Shown here: positions 57,326 through 64,000 of the stretch, piece after piece | Numbering within the stretch: position 1 is the stretch's first letter | Layout of the letters: each line of letters opens with the position of its first letter | Source of the DNA: Verrucomicrobiia bacterium | GTDB lineage: Bacteria > Verrucomicrobiota > Verrucomicrobiia > Palsa-1439 | Direction: 5' to 3' | Assembly: GCA_050010195.1 (NCBI GenBank) | Contig: JBEKLM010000016.1 | Coordinates: forward strand, 16,042-80,041 | DNA: 64,000 nucleotides | Notes under the pieces: generated by a model | What the model saw: the letters and a program-made list of their open reading frames with translations, nothing else | What the model was told of the DNA's origin: nothing | Databases searched by the model: none | Program-made: the position numbers and the translations under genes

Positions 57326-58506
57326 ACAACACCTCGCTTCTCGAAATCGACGAACTGTTCGTCCGTGTAGCCCAAATCCCGCAGCACACTCAGGGTGTCC
57401 TGTCCGAGCAACGGCGGTGCATTGCCCGCGATGCCGGGCGTGGCGGATAATTTCACCGGCACGCCGGTCATCTTCACGGTCTTGAGCTTCGGATGCGGGC
57501 GTTCGACGACCATCTCGCGGGCGCGCACCTGTGGATGTTCGAGCACTTCGCCGACCGAAAAAATCGGGCCGCACGGGATGCTGTTTTTCTCGAAGAACGC
57601 GACCCATTCGTCGGCGGTCTTGTCCGCGAAAATCTTTTGGAGAATCGGGTACAGATCTTCGTGGTTCTGGACGCGCTTTGGATTCGTGGCGAATTTCTCG
57701 TGCGTTTTCAGGTCCGGCCGTCCCAGCAAATCGCAGAACTGGCCCCAGAGGCGGTCATTGCCCACGGCGAGGTTGAAGTAACGGTCGCGGGCCTTGAATG
57801 TTTCATACGGAACGATCGTCGGATGCTGGTTGCCCTTGCGCGATGGCGATTTGCCGGTGCCGAAATAGATGCCGGCTTGGTACGTCAGGAAGGAGACCTG
57901 TCCATCGAGCAGTGACACATCCACCTTTTGTCCCTTGCCCGTGCGTTGGCGCGCCTGCAGCGCAAGTAAAATGCCCAGGGTCGCGTAAATACCTGCGGTG
58001 ATGTCGGCGAGCGATGTGCCGGTTTTGTAGGGCGAACCGTTCGGGTCGCCGGTCAGGCTCATGATGCCGCCCTGGCCCTGAATGGCGAGGTCGTAACCCG
58101 GACGGTCGGCCCACGGGCCGGTGTGGCCGTAACCGGTCACCGAGGCGTAGATGATTTTCGGATTCAGTTTTGCGACTTCGTCGTAGCCGAAGCCGATGCT
58201 TGTAAGGAAATCCTTGCGGAAGTTTTCCAACAACACGTCAGAATTCTTGATGAGTTTCGTGAGAATCTCGCGGGCTTCGGGTGTCTTGAGGTTGAGGGTG
58301 AGAGATTTCTTGCCGCGGTTGATGCTGAGGAAGTACACGCTCTCGCCGTCGACAAACGGTGGGCCGTAGGCGCGGGTGTCATCGCCCTTGTCGGGGTTTT
58401 CAATTTTGATAATGTCCGCGCCAAAATCGCTCAACAGCATCGAACAGTATGGTCCCGCCAGGATGCGCGAGAGATCGACGACCCGGATGCCGTCAAGAGG
58501 TTTCAT
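57322..58506 (-). CDS. Family III CoA-transferase (CaiB/BaiF/Frc-like)
   Basis: Start trimmed to the ATG at 58506. '[34 protein letters not shown]' and 'GPPF' are canonical for family III. Confidence 0.85.
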   Translation of the reverse strand: MKPLDGIRVVDLSRILAGPYCSMLLSDFGADIIKIENPDKGDDTRAYGPPFVDGESVYFLSINRGKKSLTLNLKTPEAREILTKLIKNSDVLLENFRKDFLTSIGFGYDEVAKLNPKIIYASVTGYGHTGPWADRPGYDLAIQGQGGIMSLTGDPNGSPYKTGTSLADITAGIYATLGILLALQARQRTGKGQKVDVSLLDGQVSFLTYQAGIYFGTGKSPSRKGNQHPTIVPYETFKARDRYFNLAVGNDRLWGQFCDLLGRPDLKTHEKFATNPKRVQNHEDLYPILQKIFADKTADEWVAFFEKNSIPCGPIFSVGEVLEHPQVRAREMVVERPHPKLKTVKMTGVPVKLSATPGIAGNAPPLLGQDTLSVLRDLGYTDEQFVDFEKRGVV

Positions 58507-58569
58507 TCTGTCAAGGCTAACGATGCGCGCTTGTCCCCGCAAGCGTTTTCCGCTACAAGCGGATGCGGG

Positions 58570-59337
58570 ATGAGAATCTATTTGATTGTCGCGCTCGCGG
58601 TGGCGCTGCCCCGGATGATGTATGCGGATTCGGCGCCGACGAACCAGACGGCGCAGGCGATCCTGGACCGGGTGCTGTCGAACCGGCCCCAGAAGGATTT
58701 CTCGCTGAAGGCGAGATTATTCGTGGGAGAGGCCGACCCGGTGCCCGTGGAGATTTTCGTGAAGAACACCGCGGGCGAGACGCGCACGTTGTATCGCGGG
58801 GGACAGACCGAGGCGCTCGTGGTACAACCGCTGCACGGTGAGCCGAAGTTCTATTTGCGCGGCGTGGGCGAACTGACTGGCAACCAGCGGACGGAGAAAT
58901 TGCTGGGATCAAACTTTACGTACTACGACCTAGGCCTGACATTTCTCCGTTGGCCAAACATGAAACTTCTCGACGAAGACCGGGTGCGGGGCCGGGATTG
59001 CTTTGCGATTGAGGCCAAGGCCGACGGCGAACCGTACACCCGCGTGAAGGTGTGGATCGACAAGGAGTACTATGCGCTGTTGCGGGCGGAGGCGTTTGAT
59101 ACCAACGACAACCTCACGCGACGGTTCGCGGTGACGAGCTTCAAGAAGATCGGGGATGTGTGGATCCCGCGCGGCCTGGAAGCGTCGCGGGTGCCGGCGG
59201 CGCAAAGCCTGCCGTCGGAAGAGAAATCGCGACTGGAAGTGTACGAGGGCAATTACGACACGCAGTTGCCCACGGAGCGGTTCGCTACGGAAAGATTTCG
59301 CGCCGGCACCGACGGCGGGAAGAGGGGCAAAGACTGA
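58570..59337 (+). CDS. Outer-membrane lipoprotein-sorting (LolA-like) family protein
   Basis: The ATG at 58570 gives the signal peptide MRIYLIVALAVALPRMMYA. The body ('FSLKARL', 'YYDLGLTFLRWPN', 'DCFAIEA', 'VWIDKEYYALLRAEAFD') resembles LolA-like sorting proteins. Confidence 0.5.
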   Translation: MRIYLIVALAVALPRMMYADSAPTNQTAQAILDRVLSNRPQKDFSLKARLFVGEADPVPVEIFVKNTAGETRTLYRGGQTEALVVQPLHGEPKFYLRGVGELTGNQRTEKLLGSNFTYYDLGLTFLRWPNMKLLDEDRVRGRDCFAIEAKADGEPYTRVKVWIDKEYYALLRAEAFDTNDNLTRRFAVTSFKKIGDVWIPRGLEASRVPAAQSLPSEEKSRLEVYEGNYDTQLPTERFATERFRAGTDGGKRGKD

Positions 59338-59338
59338 G

Positions 59339-59653
59339 TTATCCGACCGCTTCGTGTCTGGCGACCCACTGCATGCCGTGACGTTCCCAGTTCTTCAGCT
59401 TGATCTCCAGGTGGGTCACCTCGCCCATGCCGCGGATTTGTTGCTCGATGTGGAGCAAGGTTCGCTGGACGCCCAATTCTTGTTCGAGATGATCGTCCTT
59501 CTTGCGCCCGGGCTGGTAGTCGAACATCACGAAATCGCCTTCGATGTAGACGGAGGACCCGATAACCTCCACATCGAGCTTCTGGGTGTCAACATAGTTG
59601 CGCACCAGAATGCCCTGCACCACCCTGAGAACTCTCAGTTCCTCGAGCGTCAT
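59339..59653 (-). CDS. Hypothetical small protein (possibly BON-like)
   Basis: 104-aa ORF. 'KLDVEVIGSSVYIEGDF' is reminiscent of BON domains. No firm assignment. Confidence 0.4.
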   Translation of the reverse strand: MTLEELRVLRVVQGILVRNYVDTQKLDVEVIGSSVYIEGDFVMFDYQPGRKKDDHLEQELGVQRTLLHIEQQIRGMGEVTHLEIKLKNWERHGMQWVARHEAVG

Positions 59654-59993
59654 ACGGCCACTGCCCCGTCAGCTCGCGGCGCGGCGAACGAGAGTAGTGT
59701 AACGCTCCGCCAGGCTTGTGGCAAGACAGAAATTCGGGATTCGGGATTGGGTAGCTAACACGACCGGCGAAACTGGAGAACCTCTGCTGACGGGGTGGGC
59801 TGGCGAAGCCTGCGGTGATCGACAGAGGAGTAGGGGCTGGACGACGGAGCCTCCTTTCGACTGAGAATTGCGTGGGACACCGTCACGATTCACATTGACG
59901 AGGATTCTTGGTTGTGAAACAATTCACAAACTACTCAGCGGCGATGATTGTCGTGTTCGCATCCAGTCTTGGGTCGCAAAGGGATCGTGGGTG

Positions 59994-60917
59994 ATGAAGA
60001 CAAGCATGCATAATCCATTCACGCGCTGGCTGCGCGCTCTGTTTGCCACGTTCCTTACAATCCTCATTCAAGGAACGGCCTCAGCCCAAACCTTCGCTTA
60101 CTCTGGGTCTGAGACGAATATCACTCTAAACCCCGGCACTTACGACATCATGGCTTTCGGGGCTGCGGGAGGCTGGGTCACCATCGGCGGAAAACCCGGC
60201 CCGGGCGGCGGCTACGGAGCTGAAATGGAAGCTGAATTTAACTTCACCGGAGTAACAACCCTGACCATCCTGGTGGGGTCTCTCGGAGCCAACACAGCGT
60301 TTTGCGGCGCCGGTGGAGGCGGGGGCTCCTTCGTTGTCGATGGCAGCACACCGCTGATTATTGCGGGCGGCGGTGGCGGCGGCGGCTGGGGCGGCATCGG
60401 CGGCCCCGGCAGCAGTAGCGACATCGGTGGCAGTGGCAGCACAAGTAGCGGTACCGGCTACGGCGGCAGCGGCTCCAGCGGCGGTGGCGGCGGCGGCTTC
60501 TACAGCGCCGGCGGCACCGGCTCGGGCGGCGGCGGCAGCGGCTATTTCAGCGGCGGGGCTGGCGGGGCTGGTAGCAGCGACGGCAATGGCGACTTCGGCG
60601 GCAATGGTGGCTACGGCGGCGGAGGGGGAGGTGGCGTCGACTCCAGCCGTACTGGCGGTGGCGGTGGTGGTGGCGGCTACAGCGGCGGTACTGGTGGCAG
60701 TCTCGGCGGTTTCGGCGGCCTCGGCGGTGGTTCTTACATCGACTCCTCTACAGCAGGGATTGGCACAGAACTCTCCGGCGTCCAGTCCGGCAGCGGCTTG
60801 GTGGAAATCGAAGCCATCCCTGAACCTTCGACTTGGGCGATGGTCGGCGTCGGCCTGTCGGCACTGCCGGTCCGGCGACGTCGGAAGGAAAAACGAGAAG
60901 ATATTGGTTCGACGTAA
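59994..60917 (+). CDS. Glycine-rich-domain protein with PEP-CTERM sorting signal
   Basis: Signal peptide after the ATG at 59994. It has an ALK/LTK-type bacterial glycine-rich domain pattern ('GTYDIMAFGAAGG', 'LVGSLG', 'AGGGGGS', 'IIAGGGGGGG'), long G/S tracts, and a terminal 'IPEPSTWAMVGVGLSALPVRRRRK'. Confidence 0.75.
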   Translation: MKTSMHNPFTRWLRALFATFLTILIQGTASAQTFAYSGSETNITLNPGTYDIMAFGAAGGWVTIGGKPGPGGGYGAEMEAEFNFTGVTTLTILVGSLGANTAFCGAGGGGGSFVVDGSTPLIIAGGGGGGGWGGIGGPGSSSDIGGSGSTSSGTGYGGSGSSGGGGGGFYSAGGTGSGGGGSGYFSGGAGGAGSSDGNGDFGGNGGYGGGGGGGVDSSRTGGGGGGGGYSGGTGGSLGGFGGLGGGSYIDSSTAGIGTELSGVQSGSGLVEIEAIPEPSTWAMVGVGLSALPVRRRRKEKREDIGST

Positions 60918-61191
60918 CGCCGAAGTGGACGCCAAAATGGACACCAAACGAGTTAAGAAGAGTATAGCTGGGTAAAGGCGATTTTGCTTGGCTTGCCAAG
61001 GAAATCAGGCATTTTGAGCGTGCAATCGCGGCGGAAAACGGACGAGACTGACATGCGCCTCCAACCTGTCCTTTAGGAAATACAAGGGCTTGCTGACAGT
61101 TCTCCTCTCGTAGATTCAACGCCGGAAATCCCGGCCCATCGTATGGTGAGTTTTTCGGTCACGTCAGCAAGCAATTCGCGGTGGCCCTGTT

Positions 61192-61356
61192 CTAGTTCGA
61201 ATCCTTGTGCCAGAAGAGGGCGCGCAATCCGGCACAGACAAATGCGAACGCCAGAATGGCCAGGATCAGCCAGCCGTAATGATAATGGTGGATGACGGTA
61301 ACCGTCGTGATTGTCCCGGTGGCGGGATTGGTGGTGACTGTTACGGTTGTGCTCAT
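61192..61356 (-). CDS. Small membrane protein (54 aa, below the track's length cutoff)
   Basis: Hand translation gives MSTTVTVTTNPATGTITTVTVIHHYHYGWLILAILAFAFVCAGLRALFWHKDSN* (ATG 61356, TAG 61192-61194), with one clear TM helix. It lies downstream of the W-rich lipoprotein on the same strand. Confidence 0.35.
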   Translation of the reverse strand: MSTTVTVTTNPATGTITTVTVIHHYHYGWLILAILAFAFVCAGLRALFWHKDSN

Positions 61357-61530
61357 TGCTGGGGTTCCGAGATATCGTCTCAGTAAGGGGCGCGGACCAG
61401 ATTACTCCTTCGGGCGCCATGAAAGCAACTGGCCCGGCAGCGACGGCGCGGCCGACGCGTGCCGCAACGCATGCGCGCGCTGTGTCGCGGGAGATTCTGC
61501 TGGTCTACGTCTCAAGCCGGGTTACAGCGA

Positions 61531-61950
61531 TCAATAACGCCAGTGAGCTGGCGCCCAGACCCAGCCACCATGTCGCCAAACCCAACGTCCGCGAACCCAG
61601 ACCAGTCCGGGGCGTGGCGGAATCACCCATCGGCCCGCTACCCAGACCCATTGGCCACGCCACTCCCATGCGCCACCAACCCACACATACCCGGGTCCCG
61701 GCGAAACATAGACCGACTCCGCTGGCGGCGGGGGCGGTGCGGTCTGCGTTGCGACGGGGGCACCCTCTTCGGGAGGCGGCGGGGGTTCAGCCTGCGTCGC
61801 GACCACTGGTCCGCCCTGGGGAGGAGGCGGCGGCGGTTGAGCAACGGGCCCCTGCCGTTCCTGGTAACAACTACACAATACGAGGCTGCCGAAAGCGGCG
61901 AGAACCAGTCCCACCATGCAGAGTCGTTTCGGGATCATTATCGTCTTCAT
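61531..61950 (-). CDS. W-rich (YXWGXW-type repeat) lipoprotein with poly-Pro linkers
   Basis: The ATG at 61950 has 'aaggaag' upstream. It has a lipobox-like 'LVLCSC', three PPPPP(P) tracts, and a C-terminus 'GYVWVGGAWEWRGQWVWVAGRWV...WVRGRWVWRHGGWVW'. Confidence 0.7.
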   Translation of the reverse strand: MKTIMIPKRLCMVGLVLAAFGSLVLCSCYQERQGPVAQPPPPPPQGGPVVATQAEPPPPPEEGAPVATQTAPPPPPAESVYVSPGPGYVWVGGAWEWRGQWVWVAGRWVIPPRPGLVWVRGRWVWRHGGWVWAPAHWRY

Positions 61951-62104
61951 CGTTTCTTCCTTTCCAAAGAATGTCACCGTTCCGCGCCGTTCACGAATTC
62001 GCGGCGGTCCATCCAGTGAAACACCACGGGAGCGCAAATGTCTCGTGGCCAAGCCGGGGAAAGACACGCATCATCTTATGGCAGCCAAGTCACCGCCACC
62101 ATCA

Positions 62105-62156
62105 GACGAGACGCACCTGTTTCCGAAACACTGAGTTTGCGCCGGGCTCGGGAACC
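62105..62156. repeat. Conserved 52-nt intergenic element, copy 1
   Basis: 43 of 52 positions are identical, without gaps, to 62803-62854 (hand alignment). Confidence 0.8.
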
Positions 62157-62259
62157 ACCCGTTAACGTCGCTCCACGCGCGCGCGACGAACAATCCACCG
62201 CCCCGTGAATTTTCCGTGGGGACGGTTTGGCAGAGGCAAACGATCCGCCGACCCTTGGG

Positions 62260-62703
62260 CTATTTGCCCGCTCCCGCCAGGTTCCAATATTCCTTGTAGA
62301 GATGATGGCCGGCCCACTCCAGGCCTTTGGGATGCGCCATCAGCGCCCGGGCCGCCTCCGCATGGTTCCGGCTCCAGACCATGAACTCTTCCGCCGCATC
62401 ATGATGAATCTTCAAGATCTCATCGAGATCGGGTTCGTTGGGATGCATGCGGACAAACGCACCGAGTCGTTCGGCCGGATGTTCAATCGTCCAGGTCACA
62501 AACTCCCGGGAGCGTTCAGGATGGTGGCCGTCCCACTCGAAAAACTTGGACGCGGCCTGTGGATGAGCCTTGACCCACAGCCCGAGCGTCTTCGACGCTT
62601 CGGGGTGGTGTTCGGACCATTTTTCCATCGCTTCATCATTGGCGAACGCCAGGCTTGTCAGACAAACGCCCGCCAGCAAAGTCACAATCAGTTTTTTCAT
62701 CAT
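62260..62703 (-). CDS. Secreted His/Pro-motif repeat protein (unknown family)
   Basis: The ATG at 62703 has 'aaggagagg' upstream, and the signal peptide is MMKKLIVTLLAGVCLTSLAFA. The mature part is built of ~13-aa units of the type 'HHPEAS..L..W', 'AHPQAASKFFEW', 'HHPERSREFVTW', 'EHPAERLGAFV', 'NHAEAARALMA'. Confidence 0.65.
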   Translation of the reverse strand: MMKKLIVTLLAGVCLTSLAFANDEAMEKWSEHHPEASKTLGLWVKAHPQAASKFFEWDGHHPERSREFVTWTIEHPAERLGAFVRMHPNEPDLDEILKIHHDAAEEFMVWSRNHAEAARALMAHPKGLEWAGHHLYKEYWNLAGAGK

Positions 62704-62802
62704 ATTGGGTATCCTCTCCTTCTCGTAGGTTGAGCCCGAACAATACCGGGCGGCGTTTCTGTTTGCAAACAAGATTCTGCGGCCAGGGTGCTGCCGCCCG
62801 CG

Positions 62803-62854
62803 GACGAGACGTACCTGTTCCCGAAAGACTGAAATCGCACCGGGCCCGGGAGCC
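62803..62854. repeat. Conserved 52-nt intergenic element, copy 2
   Basis: See copy 1. It lies between the terminator of the PEP-CTERM gene and the start of the His/Pro-repeat gene. Confidence 0.8.
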
Positions 62855-62957
62855 GCTCGTCTCCACCGCAGCGTGAGCGCGGTGACTCAAAGCGTACGTT
62901 GTACGGGTCTGATCCCGAAAGCCGCGACTTCCTGAGAGTGAAGACGGATCACGGGGG

Positions 62958-62992
62958 ACAAAAAGAACGAGCCCCGCAACTCTGCGGGGCTC
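62958..62992 (-). terminator. Rho-independent terminator of the PEP-CTERM gene
   Basis: Perfect 10-bp stem GAGCCCCGCA / TGCGGGGCTC (62969-62992) with a 4-nt loop. On the minus strand it is followed by GTTCTTTTTG. Confidence 0.8.
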
Positions 62993-63024
62993 ATCCGAAT
63001 GACCAGGCGCCAAGCGAGGTTCGA

Positions 63025-63831
63025 TCAGGCTTTGCGGCGGCGGACAACAAGCAGCATGCCCATAAGGCCCGTGCCCACAAGCAGCACCGTGGCCGGCTCG
63101 GGAATGAATTCCATGGTGGCGGAGCCACTGGCATCGCCGTAGGTGAAGGTGCCGGTGAAGTCATAACCACTCGGTGCTTGCGAGATATCATAGTTGAGGA
63201 TTTGTTGATCGGTGGTATCACCAGGATTCGGGTCGTCATCGCCTGTTGCGACTGTGTCGTAACTAGCGTACGCGTTGCCTACTCCGATACTGATGATTTC
63301 ATTGACCCCTTGCCCGGGGTCGCCACTATTGACAACCGTATATCCGCCACTAATATTCAGGCCATTACTGAACACGAGCCCGATGTCATAAGCGTCGTAA
63401 GTCCAATCACCAGCCGGATAGCTCCACCCCAGGTTGTTTCCCGGGTCGCTACTGCTCATGGTGAAGCCGACATTGTTCATATTTATCAAGCTGCCATTAC
63501 CGTTGATGACAGTCACGAAAGAAGCCCGATTGCCAAGCTCATCTGGATACGGCCCCGGCGCTTGCCCCAACCAAGAATTGTAGCCAGTCACGAAGTTGTC
63601 GGCGACGGGCAACGGGGTGGTCGTGATATTGAATTGCGCTGGCCCGGCGGCGCCATACGAACTCAAATTATTTTCTACGGCGTAAATACCGTTTGCAGCC
63701 CAAGGAGCGAAGGATGGCGAGCCGTACGCGTTCGGGGCCATGGTCGGGTCGACGGTGATGGTTACCTGCGCGCTGGCGGTGATGGCGGCGGCCAAACTGA
63801 TCGCGAAGATTGCTATGGATAGGTTTTTCAT
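63025..63831 (-). CDS. PEP-CTERM sorting-domain protein
   Basis: The ATG at 63831 gives the signal MKNLSIAIFAISLAAAITASA. The C-terminus 'FIPEPATVLLVGTGLMGMLLVVRRRKA' is a canonical PEP-CTERM anchor. Confidence 0.8.
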   Translation of the reverse strand: MKNLSIAIFAISLAAAITASAQVTITVDPTMAPNAYGSPSFAPWAANGIYAVENNLSSYGAAGPAQFNITTTPLPVADNFVTGYNSWLGQAPGPYPDELGNRASFVTVINGNGSLINMNNVGFTMSSSDPGNNLGWSYPAGDWTYDAYDIGLVFSNGLNISGGYTVVNSGDPGQGVNEIISIGVGNAYASYDTVATGDDDPNPGDTTDQQILNYDISQAPSGYDFTGTFTYGDASGSATMEFIPEPATVLLVGTGLMGMLLVVRRRKA

Positions 63832-64000
63832 GGTTCCCTTCAGATTTGCCCTTATCGTTTCCTTTTGCCCCACCCAATATTCTCCACCGTTCCTGCTCGG
63901 AGAAGTCGCGGATCGTTCTGCTCCCGGTCGAACGACCGAGTCCGCTCCAAGGCAGGATTTTTAAGCCTCTGCCGTTCAAAATGCAAGTGAAATCGCTCAC

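Noticed and set aside
58507-58569. Cobalamin riboswitch upstream of the MCM-containing operon.
   Set aside because: The divergent intergenic region is only 63 nt, far too short for a B12 riboswitch.
60126-60975. Ala-rich ORFs on both strands (60126-60947 minus, 60361-60975 plus) and the possibility of a nucleotide repeat array or CRISPR in the GGC-rich stretch.
   Set aside because: They are frame shadows of the Gly-rich coding repeat of the PEP-CTERM protein. There is no repeat-spacer periodicity, so this is not a CRISPR.
61073-61420. 115-aa ORF listed in the track.
   Set aside because: It has no RBS, motif or hydrophobic pattern. A 54-codon frame on the same strand gives a cleaner TM miniprotein, and even that is called only at low confidence.
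62105-62156. Reading the conserved 52-nt element as an ECF-sigma or sigma-54 promoter for the downstream minus-strand genes.
   Set aside because: GGAAC-like and CGTC-like words are present but only 5-10 nt apart instead of 16-17. No GG-N10-GC arrangement was found nearby either.
63832-64000. A further copy of the 52-nt element upstream of the last PEP-CTERM gene.
   Set aside because: Only scattered short matches (GTTCC, ATCG, CTCCA) were found. I could not produce an alignment I trust.

Overview
High-GC bacterial chromosomal window with about 65 protein-coding genes. I recognised no rRNA, tRNA, CRISPR array, transposase or integrase. The content suggests a Verrucomicrobiota/Planctomycetota-type organism (inference only): two PEP-CTERM proteins, a DUF1559 (H-X9-DG) pseudopilin-like protein, a W-rich YXWGXW-type lipoprotein and a 1275-aa secreted GH31. 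Layout: (1) 1-8.1 kb: TPR proteins, a polytopic membrane/TPR protein, a Zn-ribbon miniprotein with a polyacidic tail, an MBL hydrolase, HU, and a TonB-ExbB-ExbD-TPR operon. (2) 8.3-14.2 kb: TetR regulator, RND efflux pair and a nitroreductase. (3) 14.2-17.6 kb: an island of small unknown genes, including a tandem paralogue pair. (4) 17.7-18.5 kb: RpoD-family sigma factor. (5) 18.6-23.4 kb: Rrf2 regulator, an SsuABC-like importer, a decayed sulfate-binding-protein gene fragment and an OprO/P-like porin. (6) 23.7-27.2 kb: response-regulator/PP2C phosphatase, pseudopilin-like protein and a multi-TM histidine kinase. (7) 27.7-35.1 kb: XRE regulator, GNAT, BMP-family nucleoside ABC importer and a nucleobase permease. 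(8) 35.4-39.2 kb: GH31. (9) 39.5-58.5 kb: reductive pyrimidine catabolism genes (dihydropyrimidinase, PreT/PreA, beta-ureidopropionase, AGXT2-like transaminase, NCS1 permease, hydrolytic-type ALDH) contiguous with MeaB, a split methylmalonyl-CoA mutase, an epimerase and a family-III CoA-transferase. This cluster is interrupted at 40.9-44.2 kb by a ParE/antitoxin cassette bracketed by 25-bp direct repeats, an AT-richer frameshifted DUF4062-like gene, and a MoaD-like/BNR-propeller pair. (10) 58.6-64 kb: secreted or cell-surface proteins with a conserved 52-nt intergenic repeat. Many long ORFs in the track are antisense or alternate-frame shadows typical of high-GC DNA and were not called. Several ORF starts were trimmed to internal ATGs that have an RBS or a 4-nt ATGA overlap with the upstream gene. 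All family assignments come from reading the translations by eye. Nothing was checked against a database.
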